64,000 bases of DNA from Eledone cirrhosa (GCA_964016885.1 OZ024747.1:64108001-64172000), one strand, 5' to 3'; shown: positions 1 through 13,172, numbered from the stretch's first letter. Notes: generated by a model not told the origin, from the sequence alone. Numbers and translations: made by a program.

Positions 1-61
1 ATGCACTCATCTACATATCGATTTATCCACCCATCCATAAACTATTATTTAATATTCTTAT

Positions 62-248
62 GGTGGATTGGCAGTATTTGTGGAGGGTCAGACGCCATGC
101 TTTGATGCATAGAGTTACGGCCCTTGCCATTCTGAGTTCAAATCCCGCCGAGATTAACTTTGCCTTTCATCCTTACGGGGTCGATAAAATAAAGTACCAG
201 TAATACACTGAGTAATTGCTGGCCTTGTGCCAAGAGTAGAAACAATTA
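62..248 (+). mobile_element. tRNA-derived SINE family A (~190 bp), near full length
   Basis: A-box-like TGGCAGTA, B-box GAGTTCAAATC, central GCCTTTCATCCTTACGGGGTCGATAAAATAAAGTACCAG, 3' end GTAGAAACAATTA; 18-bp TSD attatttaatattcttat at 44-61 and 245-262. Confidence 0.93.
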
Positions 249-309
249 TTTAATATTCTTATAAACAACTTCAATAACATTTCTTTTCTCCTTGTAAAAC
301 AAAAGTAAT

Positions 310-1090
310 CCTTCTACCTCCCCTTCAGTCTCCCCTCCTCCACCCTCTACTCCCTCCCCCCTCCATCCTCTCCTCCTCCCCCTCCCCCTCCTCCCTCTCC
401 TACTCTTCCCCATCCATCCTCTCCTCCTCCTCCTCCTCCCCCTGCACCCCAGCTTCAGTCTCCCCTCCTCACCCTCTCCTCAGCTTCCTCCTCCTCCTCC
501 ACCCCATCTTCAGTCTCCCCTCCTCCACCTCCCCTTCAGTCTCACCTCCTCCACCCTCTCCTCCTCCACCCCCATCATTCTCCCCTCCTCCACCCTCTCC
601 TCATCTTCCTCCTCCCCCTCTCCCCCTCCTCCCCATTCACCTTGCTCTACTCCCCATCTCATCCTTTCTCCTCTCCATCACATCTCATTCACCATCTCCT
701 CCTCCACCTCCGCCTCTTCCATCTCCTCCTCCCATCCTCCACATCTCCACCATCCCCTCCACCTCAGCCTCCCTTCCTCCTCCTCCCATCCTCTACCATC
801 CCCTCCACCTCAGCCTCCCTTCCTCCTCCTCTCATCCTCTACCATCTCCGCCGCCTCAGCCTCCCTTCCTCCACCACCTCCTCCACCTCAGCGTCCCCTT
901 CCCTTCCCTTCCTCCACTCTCCACCGCCTATCCCATCATCTCCTCCTATCCCCCACTTCCTTCCCCACCTCCCATCCTATACTGCCTCTTCTACCATCTC
1001 CCCCCCTACATCCCCCACCCTTCCCCCTACCGCCTCCTCTTCCTCCTACTACCCCCCTCCCACAGGCCACTTCCTCACAGCCTCCCATCA
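310..1090. repeat. Degenerate C/T-rich (CCT/CTC) low-complexity tract
   Basis: Near-pure polypyrimidine on + strand; explains the Pro/Ser ORF 642..1295. Confidence 0.9.
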
Positions 1091-1963
1091 CAGTGAAATA
1101 GGTTACCAAATGTTTGTTAATTCAAAGAATTACTTGAGATCAGCAGACGTAAGTAACATTTGCTACACACAGAAAGCAATTCCAGGATTACAACACAACT
1201 TAAGGAATCGAACGAAAACCGATCAATCCATTAGACTGATTAGAATAAAAACTATACATAAAATGATGGATCTATTACTGGCCGTGACTCCCTAATGTAA
1301 CAACAATGACAATAATAACAATAATAATAAAACAGCAACAATAACAACAACAACAATTATGGTAATGATGAAGCAAATGTAAGTAAACCATAATGTAAAA
1401 TGGCTTGTATGTAGTTGTATGTTATCTTTGGAAAACTCATTTTGTCTTGTTTATATATATATAGTTTTTGTGTATAAATAAATATAAATATATACATATA
1501 TATATAAATATAAATAAATATATGTATATATAAATATATAAATATATGTAGATATATATATATAAATATATAAATATATAAATATAGTGTATTGTTTCGG
1601 GATCTCTTGTTTCATCAGTTTTATCATATGCAGCAAAGTTACACGTTTTTTAGTATTTTATTTCGTAGTTATTTATCGTAAATCCCATTACAGAAAACAT
1701 ACAATATTGTAAATGTAATATCCATTGTTTGTAGAATTTTTTTGACGTCAATAAAATAACAAAATATTTATATATATGTATATATATCTATTGAAGAATG
1801 TTTTCATGATCTAACTATTTATCCATCAATCCTGTTATCTTTATATTCATACATCAACCAACCCTTTCATTTATACGAAAACATCCATACGTGTTTCTCG
1901 GGAATCAATGGTGAGTTAGTTAATCTAACTATGTGTATGTTTGTCTGTTTGTCTCTCTAAGTG

Positions 1964-2250
1964 AAGGTACGTGACTAAGTACTTAGTGAACTGAGATCAA
2001 GATTACAATGTTGTGAGTTCGATTTTTAAACTCCAGTTGCATGTGGTGTTTCTTGAGCGAGACATTTCGTTTCGCATTGCTGCAGTCTAATTCAGCTCGA
2101 AAGAAAATGATTTTTGCTGACACACGAGACAACGTGTATCAGCCCTTACCTATCTATTGGAAACCATCAGAATCATGGAGATGTGAGACTGGCATAGAAG
2201 GGCAACTGCTGGTCTTCCACAAAAAACTGAATAATCTTCTACGTCCATTG
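1964..2250 (+). mobile_element. SINE family B, degenerate copy
   Basis: GTTGTGAGTTCGATT B-box followed by GTTTCTTGAGCGAGACATTT, homologous to copies at 13556, 35551, 61790; its 3' part recurs at ~3468-3530. Confidence 0.7.
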
Positions 2251-2337
2251 GGATGCGAACTTTATCTTCATTTTACACTCACTCATACATACGCAGAAAC
2301 ATACATCGCCCCCACACACGTGTAGAAACATATAACT

Positions 2338-2453
2338 TACACACACACACACACACATGCACACCCAGAAACTTACATGCACACACACACAAACACAGAA
2401 ACATATATACACACACTCACAGAAACATTCATACAAGCACATACGCGCGCGCA

Positions 2454-2537
<84 letters not shown>

Positions 2538-2680
2538 GAAAGCAGAAACATACATACACACACGCGCAGAAACATAAGTACACACACACACAGAAACATA
2601 TATATACACACACGCAGAAACATACACACACAAAGCAAGCAGAAACATACATAGACACACACACACACAAACACGCACAT
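2338..2680. repeat. (CA)n microsatellite with degenerate flanks
   Basis: Pure CA run ~2457-2534 inside CA-rich sequence. Confidence 0.95.
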
Positions 2681-2799
2681 ACTTTAAAATGTAATGTATA
2701 CATTTTTTATTAAACATTCACTTTAAGATCCCTGTCAATAGTCAACTAAGTGCTTACACCTCATGTTCTGTTTAAGTTAGTCAAGAAAAGTGAAATTCA

Positions 2800-2838
2800 C
2801 CTAACTAGTTTCTAGTCCACTTAGACCATCATCAGAGA
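2800..2838 (-). ncRNA. Minimal type-I hammerhead ribozyme candidate
   Basis: Minus strand: tct CTGATGA tggtc-taagtg-gacta GAAAC ta GTT agg. Complete core, 5-bp stem II with one G-U, palindromic stem III aactagtt, short stem I. Confidence 0.6.
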
Positions 2839-3585
2839 AAAGATATATGTTGCCAGTCATCAGAGAGACTAGCAGCTAATAGCTTCTGATAATGCGAATA
2901 CGCAGACTCTTTAGAGCGTCGGCGTAAATGCCACGGTATTTCTTCTGGCTCTCAGCACTCTAAACTATTAATAACAATGATGTTGAATGTTTACTTTGCA
3001 TAATAGTCATCAATGTTTCGGGATCAAATCCCTTTTTCAAAAGAAGAATTGAAGAAACAAATGCCACTTTATTTCTTCTGGCTCTCAGCACTCTTAACTC
3101 CATTCTCGCCTGAGTTAATTTTCCCTTTCATCTGTTCGGGACTAATAGAAATTGACTCAGTCCAGAAAAAGTAGACTGGCGTAAATTTTAAAACTTCGGA
3201 CGCGGTGCTTTGCATGGTCGCAAATAGACCATTCCTATAGGCTCATATTTTCTCAAAGGAAGTGCTGTGGTATTTTTGTCAAGAGTTCGAACCAGAAGAT
3301 AGTACCAGCAAGGGAAACTAAAGAAATGGTGAGAAAGGGAAGAGAAAGATGGAAAGGTGACAGGTGAGCATGAGATATGAATGAGCATTGAAACGAATTG
3401 GCAACATAAAACATCTATTGTAAATAGGGAGTCATAGAAGAACATAAATATCGAGAACACCCGAGATGACACTCAAGACAACGTGTATCAGCCTTTGCTG
3501 TCCTCTTGGAAAACAACGGAGTCGTGCAAAGGATGAGGATTGGAAACATATTTAGGCAATTTGAATTTAGAAAATAAAACTTGTA

Positions 3586-3804
3586 CGGTCTGTTCGCTTT
3601 TTACGCGAACTTCAAGTACGAGAATTCGCTTTAACGCATCTGGAAAAAATGTTATTAAATAGTCACTTTGCGCGAGTAACGCGCTATAACGCGTGTGGTT
3701 TTTAATCTTTTTTTATTTATAAAGAAAATTAGTCTTGAATTACGCGAATTTGCTTTAAGCACCGGGTTCACGATCACATCTTCGCATAAAAAGCGAACAG
3801 ACTG
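3586..3804. mobile_element. Tc1/pogo (Tigger-like) MITE
   Basis: 24-bp TIRs cggtctgttcgctttttacgcgaa / ttcgcataaaaagcgaacagactg, TA on both sides. Confidence 0.85.
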
Positions 3805-4002
3805 TATATGAATATAATTAATATCTTGCAGAAAGTATGTCTTATGGTGCATGCAAGAATGTTTTGATTGTATGTCTCTATTTTTGAATGTCAGTCACAG
3901 TTCATTTACATTGACTAACCAAGTGGAAAACCTCGGGTGAGTGAATAACGAATTAAAACATACTACTCAACAATGCTACTTATAGTGTTTAGTTAATTTC
4001 AT

Positions 4003-4322
4003 TTAACTTTGCCTTTCATCCTTACGGGGTCGATAAAATAAAGTACCAGTAATGTTCTTGGTAATTGCTGGCTTTGTGCCAAAAAGTAGAAACAATTATA
4101 TATATATATATAATTAAGTTAAATAAACACTATAAGGGCAATGAATTGGCAGTATCGATAGAGAGTCGGACACCATGCTTTGCACAAAGATTTACAGCCC
4201 TTTATGGTCTGAGTTCAAATCCCGCCGAGGTTAACTTTGCCCTTCATCCTTACGGGGTCGATAAAATAAAGTACCAGTAATACACTGGGATAATTGCTGG
4301 TCTTGTGCCAAAAGTAGAAACA

Positions 4323-4325
<3 letters not shown>
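4003..4325 (+). mobile_element. Two tandem SINE family A copies (4003-4098 5'-truncated; 4136-4325 full)
   Basis: Direct match to the family consensus. Confidence 0.9.
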
Positions 4326-4363
<38 letters not shown>

Positions 4364-4682
4364 TGCATACAAATATTTGCAAACATAAAGGAATAAATAA
4401 AACTGCATTTCTATTGAATAAGATATAAATCACTTTAAATTTCAAAACAGTAAACAGAGAATATTACTAGAAATAAATTAATGAAATGATAAATACTAGA
4501 AATAAACTATAACATAAAAGACTAATATGAATATAATTAAGAAGGGAAAATAAGTAAAAAATATGCAAGAATGTACACATTCACGTAAATACCAACGGGG
4601 ACAGAAACTGTGATAAAAAAAGAGTACACACTGATCTATCCATTTGCTTATATATCTGTCTGTATATCTTCATAAATATGTT

Positions 4683-4736
<54 letters not shown>

Positions 4737-5691
4737 CTCTCTCTCCCTCCTCTCTATCCATCCACCTATCTCTCGCTCGCTCTCGATCTATTTTTCTATC
4801 TATCTATCTTTCTATCTATCTAGGGCTTTCGATAGTTTATTTATAATTGTTAAATTTGTTTACATTCTTACATGTAAAACCCCCGCCGTCCAATGTCTTG
4901 TAATGTGCACCCTTTTGTCAAATAAAGAAATCTATCTATCTATCTATCTATCTATGTATCTATATCAATTTATTTGTTTAACTATATCTATTAATTTATT
5001 TCTCTATTTACCTCTAGATGGATATGATGTCACCGCTAATATTCGTCAGTCATTATAGATGCAAAGTTTAGAGGAAAGGTTTCTTCCAAAGGGTTTGTCA
5101 CACAGCCGAACACTACACTCTAGTATTAATGACACCACGTGATGGGACACTGGACTGCATTATTTTTAGAAATGTATCTCCTCATATAATATCATCAACA
5201 AGTATCTGGACATACATAAAATAAGTGTATCTGGTGAATTGGGTTGAATGTAGACATATAGATTGAGTTTACTTGAGTTCGTAGGTAGCATTGGATTGAT
5301 GTAGCTTGTTTACGTCAAGTTAAGACAATCGACGGTTTTAGTTTCATATATGTATTGGAATAGTGAAGCACTTATATATGATCAATATGCTTTTAGAATA
5401 AGTACTAAGGTATTTAAGCCATAAATGCTGGAAAGTAATGCAGAAAGGCAGTAGAGCACCGGACCGCAAATGAGTTACTACATTCAATCTCGATCATCGA
5501 AGGAAATGACAGGTTTCCATTGTTTTCAATTAGCAAATATCACCGAGGAGGTTAGCATATTGAAAGGTACGTAGGCGTGCATGATAAAAAAAAAAAACCT
5601 CAGTAAAAATGATTTCTGACTTTGGCATACAATTACAAATACATATAGGAGAAATATAGTCGTTTGAATCAATGTTATATACTTCGTGATG

Positions 5692-5905
5692 AATGTGCAT
5701 GGCTTAGTGGGTATGGTTTTTAGCGGATGATCGTAAGGTTGTGAATTCGATTCCTGACATCATATTGTGTCCTCGAGCGATAACCTTACTTTATGTTGCT
5801 CCAAACCACTCAGCGGGTAAAAAAGGGTTGTGCATGTAGTTCAACACACCAGCTTTGTAATGCATCATGTCACACTGAACCAAAATTCGTGGTGTGCACA
5901 TATAA
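5692..5905 (+). mobile_element. SINE family B copy
   Basis: TGGCTTAGTGG A-box, GAATTCGATTCC B-box, GTGTCCTCGAGCGATAAC, CCACTCAGC. Confidence 0.75.
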
Positions 5906-5984
5906 CCTTGGAATATGCATCCACTTATATTTGACAGCAGGCTGCTCCATTGATCTAGAACCGTCTTCAGGAACAAGTAGAGTG

Positions 5985-6490
5985 TACTGCGTAAACTTTC
6001 TATCAAGTGCATGTCGGAGATCAACTTCTGAGAAACTACGTAACACCACGATGTCCGAGAATTCCACCCAACTGATCCTAAATCCACTAACCTTGATACC
6101 GGTTCCAACTCGGCCGCTCATGTCAATCTTGTCCATGAAGATTAGGAACAGGAGCGTTGATAGTTTGCCTCCTTGGCGTAGCCCAACATACCCATTGAAT
6201 AGGCACAACTAAGCACCATTTTGCCGAATACAAATACCAGGGCATCTCATATAAAGACATCAGAGCAACAGGAAGTTGTCCATTGATCCCATACTCCTTC
6301 AGAACATTCTACAACAGATATGTTTTTGTTGAGCCTTCTTCGTAACGTCTATCCTTAGTGTCTGGCAAAGATATGTAGAGTTCCTTACACACAGGAAAAA
6401 TATGTATGGACACATTTTGAATGATTTTGATAGTAGGTCTGCTATGCCATATTTGATCTGTGGCTAAACACGACAACAAACACCGGCTTA
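5985..6490 (-). pseudogene. RTE-clade LINE reverse transcriptase fragment, decayed
   Basis: VGLRQGGKLSTLLFLIFMDKI...EFSDIVVL (GxRQGxxLSPxLF and FADD motifs); upstream VLKEYGINGQLPVALMSLY and ATDQI in other frames. Confidence 0.85.
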
Positions 6491-6814
6491 CGTTATTTAA
6501 CTATATACCATGTATACTTTCAGTGTCTTAATCATGATAAAGCTGGTCTATATTTTTCATCCACTTAATGTTGATAAATTAAGTACTTGTAATAGACTCA
6601 CGCTCTAATTATTTCCCCTAAAAGTCGCTCTTCTGTTGCTGAAACTAAAAGAAATCAATAATACAATAAAAACGTGTAATGCAAATAATATATTTGATTG
6701 GAAATTGCCATTGTATATTCGGAAAAATTGGAGAGAATTCCTGAAAGAAAATTGCCCGACAAAAAATTGCCAAATCTTATTGATGTGTCTTGGCAGATAT
6801 GATTAATTTTATCA

Positions 6815-6870
6815 ATAATGATGATGATGATGATGATGATAATGATAATAATAATAATAATAATAATAAC

Positions 6871-6910
<40 letters not shown>

Positions 6911-6948
6911 TACTACTATTAATAATAATAATAAGAGTAATAATGATG

Positions 6949-7000
<52 letters not shown>

Positions 7001-7010
7001 TAACAATAAC

Positions 7011-7044
<34 letters not shown>

Positions 7045-7085
7045 TACTACTATTAATAATAATAATAAGAGTAATAATGATAACA
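6815..7085. repeat. (GAT)n/(AAT)n compound microsatellite with an internal duplicated block
   Basis: Trinucleotide runs; the block aaatactactattaataat...aagagtaataatgat occurs twice. Confidence 0.95.
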
Positions 7086-7984
7086 ATTGATTCTTTGAAC
7101 GATCTCTCGTAATGATACGATTGTCAACAAACAGCTTTGTTTATATATATTTTTTTAAATCTTATTTTATATATTGATATTTCATATCTGATGTTAAAAA
7201 AATGTCATTTATATATATTTTATTTGTTTATTACAATATTTTTTCTGTTAAAATAATATTGTTGTGTTGGATTTAAATAGATAACTTTCATCACAATAAA
7301 GAAAGAAGCCAAGAAAGAAGCTAAGAAAAAAAAAACCCAAACAAACAAAAGCAAGAAAACCTACACAAGCACACAGACAGACATATGCAGATATGAACAT
7401 ACACAAACTCATAAATTCGCGTGTATAAATATACAATTTTTTTTAAATTCAAAATCTCTGTTACTCTCCTATAAATAAAAATATATCCCTGATACACAGA
7501 AAAAGAAAATATATTTCCTAAACGATATAAGAAAAGAAAAATGAATCAAAATAAAATCAAAATAAAATTTTAATAAAAAAAGAAAAATGGTTGATATGAA
7601 TTTAAAAGAAAATATCCAATCATTCTGTTGCATATTCTTTTGAAATAAATACCAAAATAAACCATATTTTATAGACATAAAATATGAAATAAATGTCTTT
7701 TTAATAATTCAACCATCTTTGAAGTTGGCAACGTTTTCAAATTAAAGGTATTATCAAGAAAATGTTAATAATATTTCAGGACACATTTTTAATATTTCTC
7801 TTCGCATCCTTTCTTCTACACCATCAACATATAGTGTGATCTTAGATAAATGAGGTATTATGTGGAGGAGAAAAATTATTTCCATATTGATTTCAACCAA
7901 TTACATCATTATCGTATTTATCATCATCATTATCACACATATTCTCCTTATTATTATTTTTATCATCATTATTATCATTATTAT

Positions 7985-8440
7985 TGTTCTTTGAGTCTCA
8001 GTGATTGATGTTAGTTAACTGGAAAGTTTGTTGAAATGAATATCAAGCCACTACCTGCAGCCTCAGATATTCAGGACGTATCGGAGGGTTCTTGCTGTTC
8101 CCAGCAAGCATGCCTTTTGAAGTGTTCCAAAAAGCGGGGCGGGGCCAATTTTCTTTAACCATCCCTGGAAACCTTTTGAGATAGTACCTAGTGCGCCTAT
8201 GACAATCGGGATCACTTTGACTTCATGGCAATTCCAAATCCTTTTTACCTCCCACTTTAAGTCCTGGTATTGGTTAATTTTCTCCCTCTCCTTCTCTTGC
8301 ACTCTCGTGTCGAATGGGCACGCCACATCCACAATCAGGCACGATCTTTTTTCCTTGTCCAAAACCACCAGGTCAGGTCTATTGTGTTCCTGTTTCTTGT
8401 CCGTCTGTATCCTAAAATCCCACAGCACCTTCACATTGAT
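7985..8440 (-). mobile_element. R4/Dong-type non-LTR retrotransposon 3' end (restriction-like endonuclease domain + 3' UTR)
   Basis: ORF 8063..8434: LWDFRIQTD..HNRPDLVVLDK..CLIVDVACP..EKEREK..YQDL..IPIVIGALG..LQKACLLGTARTLR, uninterrupted; ends in TAA/TGA repeats, the known Dong target type. Confidence 0.92.
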
Positions 8441-8517
8441 CGTTTAAAGACGCCCCCCCCCCCACCACAGCGATAAGAGAAACAAAAGAAAAAAAGAAAT
8501 TAACTCGTGATATCGAA

Positions 8518-9440
8518 ATGAATTCAACCAAAATGAACTCTTCCACACCGAACACCACTGACGCCACCACCACCACAACTGAAACTAAAATTAACAATAA
8601 CAAAAATAACGATAACAACAACAGCAACAATGAACTTAAGAAAACTATCCTGTCTTTTGCGAGAGTAGCAAAAAAGTGCGAAGCATTCCAGGTAATTCAG
8701 GAATTAGAAGAAGCCAAAAAAAGGGTAAAGAAAGATGGGTACAGGGTCAGCCCCCCACCTAATAAAATGAAGCATCGGTGCCTATGCACCGTGTCTTATC
8801 AGACGATTAACATAAAATCGCGCCGAGTGGAACGGGCATCCGAGTCCCAAATCCAAAAACTTTGGAACATGTGTGGGCAAATAAACCCCACATCAGACGT
8901 GGGCAGAAATATGGAACTGTGGACGTGTTCTTTGAAACACCACAGGAGGCCAGAGAACACTCCATGGCCCCATTAAGAAGTGATGACTTCACACTCGTCC
9001 CAAGCTATTGTGGCCAGAGTCTCGTGAAGATCAGGGTGACCCACGTTCCACCGGCCATCGAAATTCCCTGGCTAATGGCTGCCGTCCTCGCCGGCATCGA
9101 AGCAAACACCAAGATAATCGAAATAGCGAAAGAAAAGCAGGAGAACTGGTCCGGATCTGGGATGGAGCTCCTGATCCAAGCGGACCGAAAACGCATTGAG
9201 GAGTTCCCAGAGGTAATAGACCTCACTGACTGCAGCAACCTCACCGTAATCGTCGAGGGCAGAAGGCCTAGGTGTGTCGTTTGTGGTGAAGGAACCCACC
9301 TAAGGGCTTTCTGCCCTCAGGCTAAAAGGTTGAGGCCACCTCTCTTACCCACCGTAGTGACTCAACCATCAACACCACCAGCAGCAGAAATGGCAGCAAC
9401 AACTGTAGCAGCAGCAACAGAAGCAACTGTTGCTGCTTAA
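8518..9440 (+). pseudogene. Gag-like LINE ORF1 (Tx1/L1-like) with one frameshift and a CCHC zinc knuckle
   Basis: Overlapping ORFs 8518..8976 and 8862..9440; SFARVA near the N-terminus; VIVEGRRPRCVVCGEGTHLRAFCP = C-x2-C-x4-H-x4-C; low-complexity T/A tail. Confidence 0.75.
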
Positions 9441-9693
9441 TATTAAACAACAATTAGGTTAGCTTTCAACACGTCACACAACATTGATATAGAAAGCTTT
9501 GAAATAAAACGACAAAAGCTTCTACAAGCGGTTTCATGAGAAAAACAAGCAAAGTAAATCAAGCTTGGGAACGGAGTTTAGGTGCATGCTTCCAACTGCC
9601 TCAATTGTAGAAGCTTTTGTCATTTTATTTCAAAGCTTTCTATATCAATGTTGTGTGACGTGATGAAAGCTAACCTAATAGTTGTTTAATATT
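9439..9693. repeat. Fold-back element, ~89-bp inverted arms, 77-bp spacer
   Basis: 9439-9527 is the reverse complement of 9605-9693 with about 3 mismatches. Confidence 0.9.
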
Positions 9694-9912
9694 TGACTAG
9701 AAAAGCCACAGATTATGCGGCTCTGTGTCAGAAAAGATTATATAACTATAAACTACAGTTTCTTTTTAAAGTTTTACAGTAAACACACATAAAACTGTAG
9801 AAGCAATACATGACTTTATAAAATAATAAATTTGTGCAAGAAAGATTTTAGTAGAAACTCAATACGTTTTGGGCAGAAATACTTTTCCTCCAATGAAACA
9901 TGTATAGCTCTA

Positions 9913-10110
9913 TTGTAAATTTAGGCACATGGTTCGCAATTTTGGTGGTTGGGGAAAGTAGTTTCAACAGATTCCAGTACTTGACTGGTACTTTATTTCA
10001 TAAGCATCAGATGATAAATAAAACTTACCAGGCTGGGATTCGAACTCAGAACAGATAAGGACGGAAGAAATACCGTAAAGCACTTTATTCGATATTCTAA
10101 AAATTCTGCC
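9913..10110 (-). mobile_element. Older SINE A-related copy
   Basis: GGGATTCGAACTCAGA B-box and CTGGTACTTTATTT on the reverse strand. Confidence 0.7.
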
Positions 10111-10218
10111 GATGCAGAATTCGCTGTAATAATCTAATAATCACATAAATATAATAAAAGGTCTTGGTTTAAACAATATATACATATGTAGATTCTATAG
10201 AAGCTAGAGAAGGTTTAA

Positions 10219-10337
10219 TAATTGTTTCTACTTTTGGCACAAGACCAGCAATTACCCCAGTGCATTACTGGGTCTTTATTTTATCGACCCCGTAAGGATG
10301 AAAGGCAAAGTTAACCTCGGCGAGATTTGAACTCAGA
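10219..10337 (-). mobile_element. 5'-truncated SINE family A
   Basis: Truncated at the B-box; 17-bp TSD agagaaggtttaataat at 10206-10222 and 10335-10351. Confidence 0.92.
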
Positions 10338-11099
10338 GAAGGTTTAATAATACAATAGTGTTATAAAAATATCTTGTAGAAACTAACAACACCAGTGCGT
10401 GAAATAATAACTAAATATTCTTTCCAGTAAAATAACCATAATTAAACTACAAAAATAGATTAAATGATTAAATATTAAAGTTTGAGAATACTTGCAGCGT
10501 GATCGAAACTGCGTTCTTATGATTTTTATGTCGGCTTTGTAACCTTTCAGTTCTGCCGCTCCCATTTATATACACACACAAATACACACACAAAACCCTC
10601 CACACAATAGACAGATCTCATCCGTATAAAAGACTTTTAGCTTTTAACAATGGGATGCATCGAAATTATATTTGTGTCTATGGCATTATTCTATGAACTT
10701 TAGTATGGCTTCTACATCCCATCGATATTGCTATATAGAGTTGTTTTAATTTTCTATATGCTATTCTTTTCAGCTAGGCATTAGCAGACTGTTAAGGTAA
10801 TATTAGTCTATTCAAAGTCTGAAGGTAACACCTGCTACAAAGTTTCGAGCCATTATATTTATATGCCACGCTTTTATGATTTCCACCACTGTAGTTATAT
10901 TATTATTTAGAAATGTGTAACATATGATCTATACCCCTATAGAGAGTGGAGCAAACATTGTTTACAGTATTAACAGGGAGGAAATATGGATATTGAATAG
11001 ATATATTATAGTAATTCGTATGCTTGCTGTCAAGTAGTATATATATTGTTTGAAACTTACCAGCAATTTACCCCTGCTAAATTTATATTCACATTCACA

Positions 11100-11152
11100 C
11101 ATACATACAAAATACTTATATACATACACACATGCATATATATTTATGTATA

Positions 11153-11191
<39 letters not shown>

Positions 11192-11266
11192 ATGTATGCA
11201 TGTATGTCTATATATATATATATATGTATGTGTGTGTATGTATGTATATATATATATATATACATG

Positions 11267-11320
<54 letters not shown>

Positions 11321-11551
11321 CATGTATATATATATATATACATACATGTATATATATATATACACATACATGTATATATATACATATATGCATATGCATG
11401 TACATATGAATGCATATATATACATATATGCATTCATATGTATACATATATGTATGCATATATATATATATGTGTGTGTGTATATATGTATGTGCGTGAG
11501 TGTATATATACATATATATGTGTGTGTGTGTGTGTGTATATATATGTGTAC

Positions 11552-11583
<32 letters not shown>

Positions 11584-11627
11584 ATATATGTGTGTACATA
11601 TATATATATGTGTGTATATATATATAT

Positions 11628-11671
<44 letters not shown>

Positions 11672-11937
11672 GTGTGTATATATGTACATATATATATATA
11701 TATGTACATATATATATATATGTACATATATATATATATATATATGTACATATATATATATATTTACATATATATATATATATGTACATATATATATATA
11801 TATGTACATATATATATATATATGTACATATATATATATATGTACATATATATATATATATATATGTACATATATATATATATGTACATATATATATATA
11901 TGTACATATATATATATATGTGTGTATATATATATAT

Positions 11938-11981
<44 letters not shown>

Positions 11982-12312
11982 GTGTGTATATATGTACATA
12001 TATATATATATGTACATATATATATATATGTGTGTATATATGTACATATATATATATATGTACATATATATATATATGTACATATATATATACATATATG
12101 TACATATATATATATGGACATATATATATATGTACATATATATATATATATGTACATATATATATATATATATATGTACATATATATATATATATACATG
12201 TACATATATATATATATATATGTACATATATATATATATATGTACATATATATATATATATATATGTACATATATATATATATATATATATATGTACATA
12301 TATATATATATA

Positions 12313-12353
<41 letters not shown>

Positions 12354-12413
12354 ACATATATATATATATGTACATACATATATATATGTACATACATATA
12401 TATATATAAGTAC

Positions 12414-12493
<80 letters not shown>

Positions 12494-12504
12494 TATTATA
12501 TATC

Positions 12505-12536
<32 letters not shown>

Positions 12537-12548
12537 TATATATATAAT
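11100..12548. repeat. ~1.45-kb interrupted (TA)n array with repeated TGTACA nodes
   Basis: (TA)n punctuated by GTAC, TGTG and CA; source of the YIYI ORFs. Confidence 0.97.
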
Positions 12549-12904
12549 ATAATCAAACCTCTGTAATTTCTGCACACTAAACATATGTGACATAGTTATT
12601 TGCCTGAAACTCATTATTCATCCAGAAAGTTACTCCCCTTCTATAGCAACATCAAACATGAGAAGCGTGAAAGACAATATTTACAGTGTAGGCTAATATA
12701 CAATATTCTTATTATTATTGACATTGATATTTAGAGTAGTAGTAGTGGTGGTGGTGGTGGTGGTGGTGGTACTACTACTAGTAGTAGTAGTAGTCGTAGG
12801 ATATTTGATAAATATATGTTATTGAAACATTAGGCGAAACCTTATATGTAAGGCTAGCAATCATGCATTTGTGAATCTTAGGAGACACATATTGATCCCA
12901 TAAT

Positions 12905-13172
12905 AGTTTCTGATTTAAGCACAAGGCCAACAATTTAACAGAGGGGAACGTTGATTATATCGATCCCAGTGCGTTACTGGTTATTTATTTTATCGTACCG
13001 TAAGAAGTGTTTGAGGCCACCACCGCCTCCACGATCCTCTCATTGAGGAGGAGGAGGGGGGGGGGGAAGGCAAAGCTAACCTTGGCGAGATCTGAACACA
13101 GAAGGTAAATTGTTGTAGCTACATGGCGCAAAGTACGTTGACCGACGCTCTACCGATGGTGCCAACCCCTTC
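12905..13172 (-). mobile_element. SINE A long variant, interrupted by a ~60-bp insert ending in poly-G
   Basis: Consensus match either side of ~13004-13066. Confidence 0.75.

Noticed and set aside
62-150. tRNA gene calls for SINE heads
   Set aside because: A/B boxes are present but each continues into a SINE body with TSDs; no intact cloverleaf or terminator.
642-1295. 217-aa Pro/Ser-rich ORF
   Set aside because: Polypyrimidine low complexity with a TTG start.
1594-1618. CTGATGA-N13-GAAAC on minus beside (TA)n
   Set aside because: Stem II does not pair and there is no GUH site; at most a decayed remnant. The same applies to ~53675-53705.
1703-1749. DVKKILQTMDITFTI on minus as receptor exon 3
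   Set aside because: No AG acceptor, 47 nt rather than 45, and no typical residues.
11046-12577. Long ORFs up to 506 aa (YIYI, HTHT, poly-M/D/G/T) here and throughout
   Set aside because: Translations of microsatellites that lack stop codons; no coding signal.
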